The notes: generated by a model from the sequence alone, not told the origin. DNA of 64,000 nucleotides from Octopus sinensis (GCF_006345805.1 NC_042997.1:47182001-47246000), one strand, 5' to 3'. Numbered from the stretch's first letter, positions 13,208-28,090 are shown. Made by a program: numbers and translations.

Positions 13208-14131
13208 CGTCACTAGATTAGGTACAGGGCCACAAATTTGGAGGTGAGGGATTAATGGATTATATCGTCTCAGTGTTTGGCTGGAACTTTATAATATCGT
13301 CATAGGAAGGATGAAGTGCGAAGCTTACCAAATATGGATAAAAGTCAGATAAATAAAGAGATGTCACTACGTAGCACAAGATATTTTGTCCGGTGCTGAA
13401 AACAACTGTAGCACTCATCAGTATATTTTATTGGTAATAATAATTGTAATAATATGCACAACAAATAATATAATACAATACTAACCATTATGATAATTAA
13501 AAAGGAATATTGTAATAATAATGATAATAATATAAATATTAATGATTAATACAATTTGGAATAATTTTCATGGTGGTGATACTGATGATGATGATAAGCT
13601 TGATGGTGATAATGATGTTGATGCCAATAATAATATAATAATAATAATATAATAATAATAATAATAATAATAATAAAATAATAATAATAATATATAATAA
13701 TAATAATAATAAACGTCACTAGATTAGGTACAGGGCCACAAATTTGGAGGTGAGGGATTAATGGATTATATCGTCTCAGTGTTGGCTGGAACTTTATATT
13801 ATCGTCATAGGAAGGATGAAGTGCGAAGCTTACCAATATGGATAAAAGTCAGATAAATAAAGAGATGTCACTACGTAGCACAAGATATTTTGTCCGGTGC
13901 TGAAAACAACTGTAGCACTCATCAGTATATTTTATTGGTAATAATAATTGTAATAATATGCACAACAATAATATAATACAATACTAACCATTATGATAAT
14001 TAAAAAGGAATATTGTAATAATAATGATAATAATATAAATATTAATGATTAATACAATTTGGAATAATTTTCATGGTGGTGATACTGATGATGATGATAA
14101 GCTTGATGGTGATAATGATGTTGATGCCAAT
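13206..14131. repeat. Near-identical tandem duplication of about 420 bp, bounded by (AAT)n
   Basis: AACGTCACTAGATTAGG at about 13206 and 13712, ending GATGCC at 13625 and 14128. Copies differ by a few 1-bp indels and substitutions. Confidence 0.92.
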
Positions 14132-14147
14132 AATAATAATAATAATA

Positions 14148-14229
<82 letters not shown>

Positions 14230-14478
14230 GTAATAATAATAACAATAATAATAATGATGATCATAATAAGAGTAGTGATAATCATAACATTCACTGCATA
14301 AAAGGAATATTGCTTTTCGTTTGCCGAAAATATATATTTGGTAAAAATAAAATAGTATCCTACAGTATTATGAGTATTTGTGTAAGGTATACATAATCAT
14401 ATATATATATATATATATAAACATACATATACACATACATATGCATGTATACTTATGTCTTCGCAGATATAAATATAT

Positions 14479-14525
<47 letters not shown>

Positions 14526-14558
14526 TTCATATATACATATGTATGTAATTTTTATATA

Positions 14559-14597
<39 letters not shown>

Positions 14598-14980
14598 GTA
14601 TATACACACATGCATATGCACATATATACACACGTATTTATATACATGCATGTTGGTATTTGTAAATGTGTGTGTATAGAGAAAATGTGAGTATAGATAA
14701 ATAGGTTCATGCTTGCATATGTGTCTGTATGTATGGCTTTTTCCGTGGATATATACAAAAAAAAAAACTTAAACGCAAGCTAACTACCACAGCAGTTAAA
14801 AATAGGAACAATAGCTTATGATTCTCTCTACTTGTAGACTACGTACTGGAAGACGTTCATTTAGTCTCAACAAGTGTAAGTTGTAGCTCTGCTACTATTA
14901 TACTTACCAGTAGATATATACATACATAATTATACATTCATACACACACAAACAAACGTGCACACATACAAACACACGTG

Positions 14981-15018
<38 letters not shown>

Positions 15019-15051
15019 CATAATTATATATATAAATAATATATATATATA

Positions 15052-15257
15052 TTGTGACCTCGTGAGTACCGCTGGCGATTTTGTCCCTCTGTCTTCCCTT
15101 TTCGGGATCTTTCCTTCTCCTATGTTTCCGACGAAGAGCTCCGCTCGAAACGTTAAACCCTCCTTCTTCCCTTCTTTCCTGAGCGTCCAATAATACTTTA
15201 TTTGTTCCACGTCCTCGCATTGTTGTGTTTTTTTTGTGTTTTGTTGTTTGGATTAAC
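15052..15257 (+). mobile_element. Short PLE-derived non-autonomous element inserted in (TA)n, carrying a minimal HHR
   Basis: About 200 bp of unique sequence between TA tracts, containing the HHR motif at 15124-15158. Confidence 0.6.
15124..15158 (+). ncRNA. Minimal type I hammerhead ribozyme motif with variant core
   Basis: GTTT | CCGACGA | A GAGC-TCC-GCTC | GAAA | CG T T | AAAC. Stem I is GTTT/AAAC, stem II is GAGC/GCTC, and stem III is the palindrome ACGT. Core position 4 is C rather than U. Confidence 0.6.
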
Positions 15258-15259
15258 TT

Positions 15260-15350
<91 letters not shown>

Positions 15351-15399
15351 TCAGAAGTATACATTTTCACATATATATTTTCTTATATTTCTAAGCACC

Positions 15400-16070
15400 G
15401 AGGTGCCAAACCATCTAAATTCCTAAATTCTTCTTTCATTACTAATAATCCTATCTGTGCCGCACCACTTAGTCTCTACCACTACACATTTGTCACTCCT
15501 TTACCTTTTATCACTCCCCAATTCCTTCTATCTTTTTCCCCTCTAATACCTTTCTCTCTCTATCAACCTTTATCTCCACACTCCTACTTTTAAATTATCT
15601 CCACTGACCACTAAATGATACGCTTTGCCTTATCTATATCTTTGTTTTTCTTTTTCCTTTCTTTCCTTTATTCCCCTCTTCCTGATTTCATTTTTTCATT
15701 ATTTCGTTATTTTTTTTCTTACTTATATATTTTTCTTCTTACTTTCTTCTCCTTCTTCTCTCTTCTTTTCTCCATTTTCTCTTTTTCTCTTTTTTTATGC
15801 CTCTCTTCCTGTTTTCGATTTGAGCCTATTAATACACTCCCAATCTTCACAAATACAAATGTCCCTACAAATACAATATATTTTACAAGATCCCTACATA
15901 TTTCACATCTATTTTCTTCCCTCCACCTCACTCTCTATTTTGTATCCTATCTAAATAGACTATTACTTAACCATCCTATTACACCGTCAACAAGGAAGGT
16001 ATATAATAAATATCTTGGAAACAGCTGTAAGACCTATCTATAACTGTTCTAAAATCTACACAGCCTTGTT
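15400..16070 (+). mobile_element. Pyrimidine-rich PLE-like terminal-repeat remnant with a decayed HHR
   Basis: Ends with GAAACAGCTGTA-AGAC (GAAA, palindromic stem III, UH) at 16018-16033, but the catalytic core upstream has decayed. Confidence 0.4.
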
Positions 16071-16130
16071 TTTTTTAATCTCATTACAAAAACAAAATTA
16101 TTTATACACACACACACATACGCACACATA

Positions 16131-16180
<50 letters not shown>

Positions 16181-16467
16181 ATATATATACGTTGCATTTA
16201 AGGATGGTCATTGTTTTGGCAAATAATCACACGCACTATATATTCGTTCTTCAATTATTTATTACTCTTCATATTCGAACTCATGTCCATTGTCTGGAAA
16301 TCTTTCGTCACAGATGTGTGACGAAAGATTTTCGGAGTACAAATCCTATGAGTTAGGATAACGACAGTGATAAACGACTGAAGAAAGAATACATATTTGG
16401 CAATAGGCAAAAAATCGACCATTCCGAAATGCAAGATTCATATCACGAATTTTGCAAAGGAAATTCA

Positions 16468-16521
<54 letters not shown>

Positions 16522-16523
16522 TA

Positions 16524-16561
<38 letters not shown>

Positions 16562-16844
16562 AGTATCTGTGTATGTATTCTTTCTTTTTCATGATCTCTA
16601 AGTACACATAGCAGGTAAATATGGGTCTAAAATATCATTTTGGCTATATTAAGGTTCGTATCCCATAGTCAACCTTCAGCATTTTCTGTCCAAGACAGAT
16701 CTTTCAAGCCACAATTTACATGCTATCATTTGTAGCTTTCTATGTATGCTTGAAATAATCCCAAACGAATTAATTCACGCTCTCTCGAAACCTTTAACCT
16801 CATTGTGACCACATCAATATAATTATACATATTATACATATACA

Positions 16845-16903
<59 letters not shown>

Positions 16904-16967
16904 TGCACATATATATAAATACATACATATATGCATGCATATATACATATATATATATCATATATAT

Positions 16968-17001
<34 letters not shown>

Positions 17002-17013
17002 ACATATACATAT

Positions 17014-17061
<48 letters not shown>

Positions 17062-18889
17062 TACACACACATATTTTATGATTCGTTGATTGGTTACTCT
17101 GAATGGATTATAATGTTGCATTATTCTTGTGTAATTATGAGAATAGAATTAAATGACAGATAAAAAGCGTATTGGATCACATTTAACAACATCAGATGTT
17201 CGGTGATCAGCTTGCTCAAGGCAAGTCAGAATAATCCACTGATTACTCAAATTCAAATAGAATATTGAGCCTGTAACCTTGTGAAATGAGGTGACAAGAC
17301 TTGATTTGGAATTGCACTTATCCTTTTTTCTATATATATTTTTATGCAGCGTTTTTATGAATTGTTATTTCGACTACCTTTATTTTGAAACTTATTTTCT
17401 TATTTCGTCTTATTTATACAATTTTATATACTTACGTCACGTTGTAGTTCTATGCTTGTTATTTATTAGTTCTTTGTTAAGAACGTTACTGTATAATAGC
17501 TATCGTTCTTGTCCCGCTTTGTCACGTAGCTTAATGTTCAATCAGTTCTATATATCTTCTACTATCTTCTCGTCGTCTCTTATTCCCCATTCACTTTTGT
17601 ACCCCCCATATTGCCTTCTCCCTATGGAGGTTCTGTCTCCGTCGGTAAACTGATATCTGTAAATACACACATCCATTTTCTCTTTTTAGCTAATTGCCTA
17701 CTAGCAACTGATCTCACTGGTTACTTGATTTATTTTTATCAACTTACAATTTGTGCCCTGACTCTCCACACGATGATGAAAACAACTCGAAGTTAATCGA
17801 ACCTGAAGATTAGCTAAACGGGTTATGTGTGTGTTAGAATTTATGTAACAAATATTCTTTAGCTATGAAACATATGTAATCTTTATTTACCTTTTCCATT
17901 CCTTACATTCTTGGATTTTTTTAGAATACAATATATACTTTATGGCTATGTAACTATGCATCTATCACACCCTATGTAATTACAGATCATATAAAAATCT
18001 AAATGCGCAGTTAAATGCTTTTATACTATAATTTCGTTTTTAGATACTCTTTATAACGATACAATATTGCGTGCCAAAAAAATTTCACATAATTCGGAAA
18101 AAATTATTGTAGAAATTCATTTATCTTAACTTATTTGTTTGTTTCTGCACTAGCTTCTTCCTCTTGCAATATACAAAGCATTTATGTGCATTCAAAGACA
18201 CAGACACAGCCACAGACACACACACACATACAAACACACACACACATATATATATAATATATATATATATATACATATATGTATATATATACTTATATAG
18301 TTATATATATGCATTATGTATGTATATCTCTATTAAAATAGCTACACATAAAGATAATTTCAATAGTATCTAAAATTCAAAATATTAAAATTTCATTTTG
18401 TGGGAGTACAATACGATACCTGGTGTTTTTGGTCTTATAAATAAATCCCAATCTAAGTATGATAAGTCGACTAGGTGGAATATGAAACAGAAAGAGAGAT
18501 AACCGAATATTGTACAAGCAAAAAAATAGATCGACTAATATTACATTAAATGGAAGATCAACAGACCGTCAAGTAAGGGATATAGTTTCTATTGAAATAA
18601 TCTTGTAGAAAGAATGTCGCAAAAATGTTCTTTTACGTACTTTATTTTACATTATATACTTTTTGTTAGTTGATGTATTTACTGTTTGTCATTTGTATAT
18701 TTCTGGATGTATATATTCGTATGCATATGTGCATGTGAAAATATGTGGCTTATATGTAATCCTTTGTATTGCCCTTCGTATGATGATTAAATCTGGGAGT
18801 ATAATTTGCCATACAGATATGTACCAACTTACCAACATTGATATCGGCTCTTAAAGCGAAATAAATATGTACACCAAAGATACTATATC

Positions 18890-18953
<64 letters not shown>

Positions 18954-19237
18954 AAGCGAAAATATATTAATGTTTATACTAGTGTGGAAATGTTAGGAGT
19001 CACGATGTGATCACAAGAAGAAAAAAAAGGAAATATAAGAAAGAAAAGTAAAAACGGTCGGAGAAGCCGGGATGCTACAATCAAAATATTAGAGGAAACG
19101 AATTTTATTATAAATTTGATTCTACTCCTAATATTGCGTCTAATCGTTGCTAAACTCTGTGTTATATTTAAATTTGCTTCTAAATTATAAAATAATATAA
19201 ATATACATATAATATATGGATACATATATACATATAC

Positions 19238-19298
<61 letters not shown>

Positions 19299-19319
19299 AT
19301 GCATGTACATATATATATA

Positions 19320-19382
<63 letters not shown>

Positions 19383-19829
19383 GCACATATGAGAATGGAT
19401 GGAGGGATATGTGTATAGTTGAATGAAGGATTCCAGTATGTATATATGAACTTATGTACAAGTAAATATTATAGAGAAATATATTAGGCACAATTCGATA
19501 GCAATATAATAGATTGCCAAAGTTATGCGTCAAGTGACATTTATGTACAATATACTGGAATAAAACATATTTTCTTTGTCGAAATTTATTATAAATATCT
19601 ATCTAAAATATCTATTTTTATGCATATATATAATTATATATTCTATATATATAACTATAAATCTGCACATTTGCGTTTAAAAATTAATATACATTCACAT
19701 GCGGATCTGAGATACGTGTTTCGTTTCAACTTATATGCTAACGAGCGGGATACACTTATTCAGTTGTGCAATATATAGGTATATATGTACAAAATTCTAT
19801 GCATGTATGTATGTATGTATGTATGTATG

Positions 19830-19885
<56 letters not shown>

Positions 19886-20660
19886 CCAGGTGGTGCTATT
19901 AAGTTAGACATGGCCTGGGCCAATAATGGCCGAAACCTATCAAAGTATATATATACATATATATATATATTTACGTATGTATATATGTTTGTATGTATAT
20001 ATACATGTATATAAATATATATATATATGTGCATATATATATTCGTCCATATGCATAAACATATCTAATGTGCATACATTAATTCCATCATATATATATG
20101 TATGAATAGGTATATATATATATATATAGATAGTTAGATGTATAGATATATTTATATAAATATACGCTACTATACGTACATACATACCTAGATACATACA
20201 TATGTACATACATATATACAAATATATACATACATATATACATACATAAATACATACATACATACATACATACATACATACATACATACATACATACATA
20301 CATACATCATACATACAAGGTGTGCAGGTGAGTCTGATATTAATCAGAATCATTGTTAGATAAAATGACAGAAATCTAACCTTTTGTGGGCTATTTTTCA
20401 TAAATTTATAAATAATCTAGTTCCATTTGACGTATATCTCTGAGAATTTGTATCCTTCTGCTAATATGATATGTGCATCCTACTAAATCTACTGACAAAG
20501 TATGATTATGCCTAGTGCATCTAGGGGGATAATAGAAGCAACAACATTTATATTTAGGGAAATAAATATTAAAGTAATAGACGAGTATTTATAGCTTTCG
20601 AATGAGTAACAATTATTATTTGCGATAATGGTGATGGTGGTAGTAATGATGATGATAGGG

Positions 20661-20877
20661 AAGAAAGTTCTAAGTGGGCCCCATCTGCAAGGTCATGCGC
20701 TGTTTATCTTGATACGAAATTACAATGTCACTCACATGCGATTGTAATGCATTTCCCTGGTGTACACTTATCAGACGGGTAGTCATAATGGGTATATTGG
20801 GCTTCGTGTAATTATATCCCAGTATCTATTTGATGGCATGCGCTGATCTCTCACTAAATGATAATAACAACAACAAC

Positions 20878-20933
<56 letters not shown>
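20661..20933 (+). mobile_element. Retroelement 3' end with (AAT)n tail
   Basis: GGGCCCC..GGTCATG.GCTGTTTATCTTGATA..CTTATCAGACGGGTAGTCAT..CTCTCACT matches the reverse complement of 48901-49095. Confidence 0.75.
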
Positions 20934-20934
<1 letters not shown>

Positions 20935-20935
<1 letters not shown>

Positions 20936-21154
20936 CTTTCCAGTTTTTGCACAAGGCCAGCAATTCCAGGGGACATGTCGACGAGAACGATTCCAGTGCT
21001 CAACTGGTACCTATTTTAATGACTTCGACATGATGAAAGGCACAGTCGACCTCGCTGTTATTTGAACACAGAAAGAAAAGATAGGCGAAATGCCGCTAAG
21101 CATTTTTACCGGAGTGCTAAGTTTCTGCCAGATCACCGTTTATGCCAGTTCACC

Positions 21155-21228
<74 letters not shown>

Positions 21229-21432
21229 CAAGATAACCTTGATGACTACCGCCCATATACTACGGAAAGCACTCTCTATCTAAAATTGAATAAATGTGGT
21301 GATAATTTTAGCCTGCATAGCAAAACAAATCTGCCCTTGCTACTCTTAGCCTCTGGAGGACGCCCGGTACTAGGGCAGCTGAAATAAAGTTATAATGAAA
21401 GGAAACAATAAATGATGATGATGATGATGATG

Positions 21433-21484
<52 letters not shown>

Positions 21485-21507
21485 TGGAGATGATGATGAT
21501 GATGATA

Positions 21508-21542
<35 letters not shown>

Positions 21543-21791
21543 AATAATATTATTAATAATAATAATTATAATAATTTCGACAAAACGGAAATATGGCCAG
21601 TAACATTTTTTAACGAAATATATGATGTAACAAAGAATATGAGGAAATTATGAAAAATTATCATTATTACTATTATTATTATTATTATTATTATTATTAA
21701 AATGATAATAGTAATGATGATAATGATAATAATGATAGGAATAACAATAATGATAATAATAATGATAATAGTAGTAGTAGTAGTAGTATTT

Positions 21792-21824
<33 letters not shown>

Positions 21825-22005
21825 TTTGTAGTGGTAATGGTGGTGGTGGTAGTGGTGGTGGTCGTGGTGGAGGTGGTGGTATTAGCAGAGGTGAAAATCA
21901 GAAAATGGAGTGTATATAGTCTAAACATTTAGAAACAGCAAGAGCAATGAAGGGGAAAGTAATATACCTCAAGATGATGATGATGATGATGATGATGATA
22001 ATGGC

Positions 22006-22044
<39 letters not shown>

Positions 22045-22260
22045 TATTATTATTATTTATTATTATTATTATAACAATGAATTAAACCAAGATTCCAGCA
22101 AATTTAAAGGGTTCAGATTAATGGGTATCATCTACGCCATTTTATTTTATGGAACCCTTGACGAATGAAAGGCAAAATTGACCAAGGCGGGAGTTGAAAT
22201 CAGAATGTACAGTGCGAAAAAAAATATTGCAAAGCATTTTTCCTACGATGTAGATGTTAC
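20935..22260 (-). mobile_element. Two degenerate family A SINEs (about 20935-21155 and 22085-22260) within an (AAT)/(GAT)/(GTA) microsatellite field
   Basis: ATGAAAGGCA(C/A)A and AAGCATTTT segments match family A. Confidence 0.55.
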
Positions 22261-22267
22261 TATTATC

Positions 22268-22321
<54 letters not shown>

Positions 22322-22423
22322 TTATTATTATTATATTATTATTTTTATATGAAAACTCACAGTTTATTTTGCTGGTTATGATGGAAAGTGTAAGCTGTCC
22401 ACAGTCAGCAGCCTAAGGTTATA

Positions 22424-22477
<54 letters not shown>

Positions 22478-22668
22478 ATTTTGTTTGTTGTTGTTGCTGC
22501 TGCTGCTGCTGCTACTGCTGATGATGATGTTGTTATTAATATAAACTAATAAGTATATTGTTCTAAAATTATCAGACTGAGATTAATCGTTTAATACATC
22601 CGTTAAACATTTCCCCGGGGAAGGATACTTACAAGCTGTAACTAACTAAAGAAGTAATGATAATAATA

Positions 22669-22704
<36 letters not shown>

Positions 22705-22743
22705 GTGGTAGTAGTTGTAATAATAATAATGATAATAATAATG

Positions 22744-22807
<64 letters not shown>

Positions 22808-22823
22808 TAATAATAATGATAAT

Positions 22824-22857
<34 letters not shown>

Positions 22858-23136
22858 TTAATAATAATAATAATATAATGATAATATTCAGAAATAGATT
22901 TGGAGGTACAGTTTGTTCGTTAACAATAACAGCAATTGAAATTTAAAACAAAATATACCGACACCTGATGTTACAACTGTAACATAATATTTTCTGCAAG
23001 TATATTGGGCCAACGAATTTTCTTAGTTCTTTTATTTGATTTTTATATTATATTATTTTGCTTTAATAATCTTTGCAGCAACTGGGAAGGAACACAGCGC
23101 AGTTGATGAAATTGGAAGATTGGAGGACAATACATA

Positions 23137-23183
<47 letters not shown>

Positions 23184-24173
23184 AATATGTATATATGTGT
23201 GTGTGTGCGCGTGTGTGTGTTAATGTTGTGCTTACAATTCCATACATAGATCTATGACATGTATGCAAATACATTTGTGTGCATATTTGTGTTTTATATA
23301 TATGTGTATAATTTCTCATACATACACCCATATGTACTTATATACTTAAGGATAGAAATAAATACAATTTTATATAGATATGTTTGTGTGTGTATGCGCG
23401 TGTGCAAGATATATATATATATGTATGTGTGTGTATATGTATGTATGTATATACATATTGTTATATTTGTACATATACAAATACATATATTTACTGTTAT
23501 GTTTTAGGAGGTTGTTTTGCATGTGTTCAAACACACAGGAGATAGTAAATTTTAGTTCTAGTTAATCAATTATCTATTGGTAAGGCAACATTCTATATTA
23601 TTTTCCTTAATTTTATCCGCAATAGTTTTTCTAAAGAATCAACCGCACCCTTAACTATTTAGCAAGGAACCTGACATTAGTTACCCAATGAGGCCGACTC
23701 ATTGGTGAAAATATACATCTAAGTAGAAAAATATCGCTCTGCGGAGCAAATTCTAAAACAATGCGTGTACTTACACACACATACATGCGCGCGCACGCAC
23801 ACACTGACATACAAACGCGCGCGCATACACTCATATATATACACAAGATAATCACACATATATACAGAATTATACACAAGCATAAATATATACATGGATA
23901 TGTTATCATATATATATATATATATTATATATATATATATATATATGCAAATACAGAGACCTGATATGCTCTTATTATGCATATATACAGTTGTGTGTAT
24001 GAGTGTGTCTACGTAACTGTTCTGTCATATAAGGTCATGCAAACTTACCTACGTATAACTATATATGTGTATACACCTAACTGCCAATGCATGAATGCGC
24101 ACACGCAATAAAGTGTATTCGTGAACATAAAAATGTATCTATGCGCATAAGCGCTCACACACACATACTCACG

Positions 24174-24204
<31 letters not shown>

Positions 24205-24275
24205 GAATATTTGTATATATACATATATATATGTAAACCTATATGCATACATATATACATAGATATACTTTCATG

Positions 24276-24313
<38 letters not shown>

Positions 24314-24626
24314 ATATGAATATAAGTATAGCATTTTATATATTTGTTTCTATTATAAGAAATTGTACAAGCAATGGAATATATGTGCACTGCTTCCAAT
24401 AGCAGAAACATCTATAACCTCATGTATTTGAATACGCAATTTTTTTTCTCTTCTCATTCAAATATTAATATTACGCTCTGTACCCGCCCAGCGCATTATT
24501 CTAATGCTTCTTTATATTTAGTGTTAACTATTGGTTATTAAATACTGTTACGCCAATGCGAAATCACAAAACACTGCAACACACACACATATATATATAT
24601 ATACAAATATACACACACGCACACGT

Positions 24627-24693
<67 letters not shown>

Positions 24694-25964
24694 TACTCAG
24701 GATAAGTCGCATGCAGTTTTGTTAATTGGGACCAAAGTAATTTGGCTGAAAGAATTATTGGCGTTTTCATTGTGAATCTCGTAGGAAAATCGACTGACAT
24801 CTTTCACATACCTGTAGACAATTTTGAAATGATACAATCTAATTATTTTCATCTTTCTGTGTACACTCGACTGTTCGTTACATACATCATCACTCATCCG
24901 ATTCCTCTTTGAATTGTCTAAATGCTTTACTGATTATAAGAATGGCACTAATTGCTAAGCAAATCGCAAATATCACACATTTTGTGACGATTGTAGTCGA
25001 TTCTATATTCCTCTTCCTTTGAGTTCTTCGTTTGTTGGCACTAAATATATGAAAATTAAATCTGGCCAAGAAAGAAGTTGACCTTTGAAGCTAATGGAAT
25101 ATTACTCAGTGCCGCATTTCTTCTATACGTATAAACATATTTTAGAAATTTTACACTTTATGAAGTCCAATATTAATGCATCAGTGCATTATTATCTGCA
25201 CACTTTAACTGCATTTCCGACAAAACTCCGATTTAACATTCAACAATGTGTTTTTCTTCAATCATTTTTCCAAATCAGATATTTTCTACGAATATTTTCT
25301 TTACCGTTAATGTCTTTCGACCAATATACTTTTGATTTACTTGTGTCTTTTTCCAATCAACGCACCTTTATTCATATATACAAATATACATATACAAATA
25401 CATACACACACACACACATTCACACCTATATATAAATATACATATAATCTTGCACACAAATATATGCACATACACTCACGTAAATCTATGTACACATAAG
25501 TATATTATATATACTTAGTGGTATATTGAAATTTATCGATGTATGTATTACGATGTATATATACATATGTGTATACATACACACACACATATATCCACCC
25601 GAAACATCTATATATATATATTTGTGTATCAATTTGTTAGCAGATAATAGTTCCGATCTCAGAACTTAGCGTTAGGGGACAGTATCCTGCCATTACGCTT
25701 AGATACAGAGTTGCGTAGTTGGAGCTACTAGTACATAAACCAAATATCTGAAGATAGGAATTTAGAACTGCTAACAACAACATTCACCTACGCATATACG
25801 CGCGTGCGGTAATGTGTGTGTGTGCGTGAGTGAGATTATGGTGTGTATAGTCTTTAAGATATATTAATATTATGTCTTATTGTATTTCCTCCGAACGCTT
25901 TCAAGTTTGAAAACAACACTAACTATTTGCAACGACAGTCACTTCTTATACGTGCAACAAATTT

Positions 25965-26150
25965 TCGCTTCAAATTTCGGCTCAAGGCCAGCAATTTGGA
26001 GGGATTGTGGCCTTAGTACACAGCTGGTACTTATTTTATTATTCCCCGAAACACAAAGTCGACGTCAGCGATATTTGAACTCGAGACGGACGAAATGCTG
26101 CAGAGCATGTTACCAGACGTGCTAACGACTGTGCGAAATCGCCGCCTTCT
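25965..26150 (-). mobile_element. Degenerate family A SINE
   Basis: CTGGTACTTATTTTATT..AAAGTCGAC..TTTGAACTC..GTGCTAACGA..CGCCGCCTT. Confidence 0.65.
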
Positions 26151-26607
26151 GTCAGCTACTGATATTACCAAATATTTACACTTATTAACTTCACATTGCA
26201 TTGTGCTCTGTTATGTTATTTAACGTACAGTTCTATGATAAGGCCTCTCTCTCTCTCTCTCTCTCTATCTATATATATATATATATATAATATATATATA
26301 TATATATTTATATATTTATATATATATGTATATATATATATATACAAGCTCACACACACACACACAAAACAAAAACACACACGCATATACAAATGTTCAT
26401 GTATATATATATATATATATATATATCCTCATACACTTTCAAAGATATATATGCATGTGATCGTGTGTGTATGTCTGTGTACCTATATATATGATTATAC
26501 ACTTAGAAACCTGCACACAAATATATATAGTTATACATACGAAACATATATGTATGCAGATATATTTATATTTTTAAACAAGCTTTCATATATCTTGAAC
26601 GTGTATC

Positions 26608-26693
<86 letters not shown>

Positions 26694-27129
26694 ATATATA
26701 TACATTGAAATTCACACATATCTTCACAGATGTAGACTTAATTTAATAACTGGAAGGTCTTTTTATGGTTTTGTACTTAGACGTGTGGAGAGAAGTTGTT
26801 CTTTTCTTAGATGTTTCGAAAATGACACATATATTTAGAGTTGTACAATTGTAGGAGCATATATTCAACGACTTGATCAGTGCAGGGAAGAGATTATTCA
26901 GGTGTTTAATTAATTATTTTTGTAATTAAAAATAGGCTGTAAATTCCTGTACAATGAAATTCTGGATGTTCCATATGCAAATTGTCATTTCTGTGTTTCA
27001 AGTATCACCTGTAAAATAAAGTCGAGTAGATGTTCCTGAACACCAGTTTTCTATTAATTAGTAGAAGCTCACAAATCTCAAAATTATATTATAAAAGTAT
27101 TATCCGAGGTGGGTCTCAGTGGTTTATGG

Positions 27130-27240
27130 AATAACTTCCATGTGGTTTTTAATGTGGTTCTCCTGTCGTTATGAAAGACTGGTCTCGTCCTATATATACG
27201 ACACAGTCATCACACCCATAGGGAGTTTGTATTTCAACAA
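27130..27240 (-). pseudogene. Penelope-type GIY-YIG endonuclease remnant
   Basis: Minus strand gives YKLP, then CDDCVVYIG, then after a 1-nt shift ETSLS*RQENHIK. This matches the PLE YKIPC..C..YIGET.R....R..EH motif. Confidence 0.5.
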
Positions 27241-28019
27241 TAGTATATTGGCTACGAGTATAATTAATCAGTCACTAGCAATGAGTCACAAACTGTTGTC
27301 ATCGCAAAGGCCATACTTGTTATATTACACGTATTTGATATATACATGTACTAGCATACATATAACATACATACATCGTACACTTTCATATAAACGTCAT
27401 ATATGTATCATACTTACATGTAGCACAAATAGGTGCATACATGCAATTGCAGATGAACTCATATGACAGGAAACAGTAGTTGCTTTTATTGTACACGTTG
27501 TCAATTGCTTGAGTAAAATGTTTTTTCTATGATTTAATGTATGTATGTAATAATTTCACACATGTTGTCCATGCTTGCATTTCAATGAATTTAAACAAAG
27601 ATGAGTCTAACTGCCAGATTTAACAATTTATAAATAATTTAAATTGACACTAAGCACGTATCTCCCATCACAAAGCAACAAACGCAAGCATCTCTCCCAA
27701 AGCAACAAATCAACAAACAGCAAAACAAAACAAAAAGAAAAAGAAAAGAAAATAATCACTGGATTGCATTGGATGCCTGGATTAGATTTATAACAAAACA
27801 ATTAGATCAAAAAGTCCTTGACAAAAAAAAAGTAACAATAATAATCCTCTAACACGAGGATACGTCCTATACTCTGTTGTCTTTGCATGGGGAACTATAA
27901 TTACCTTTTAAAACTACAGCAGTTTCTGGCTGAAGACGAAGACATATCAAATCCAAAGAGAATTTTTTCGGTATAATTTATTTTCAAAGAATTTAACGAA
28001 ATTCGGATATATTCTGTGT

Positions 28020-28034
28020 CGTATATATAAATAC

Positions 28035-28090
<56 letters not shown>

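Noticed and set aside
13380-13425. Minus-strand CTGATGA plus GTGCT/AGCAC stem (and its duplicate near 13920)
   Set aside because: No GAAA follows. The segment is a decayed family A SINE head.
17548-17656. Minus-strand frame YQFTDGDRTSIG..IVEDI* as an exon
   Set aside because: It lies at the end of a pyrimidine-rich PLE-like tract (17290-17660). Purine-rich antisense frames are open by composition.
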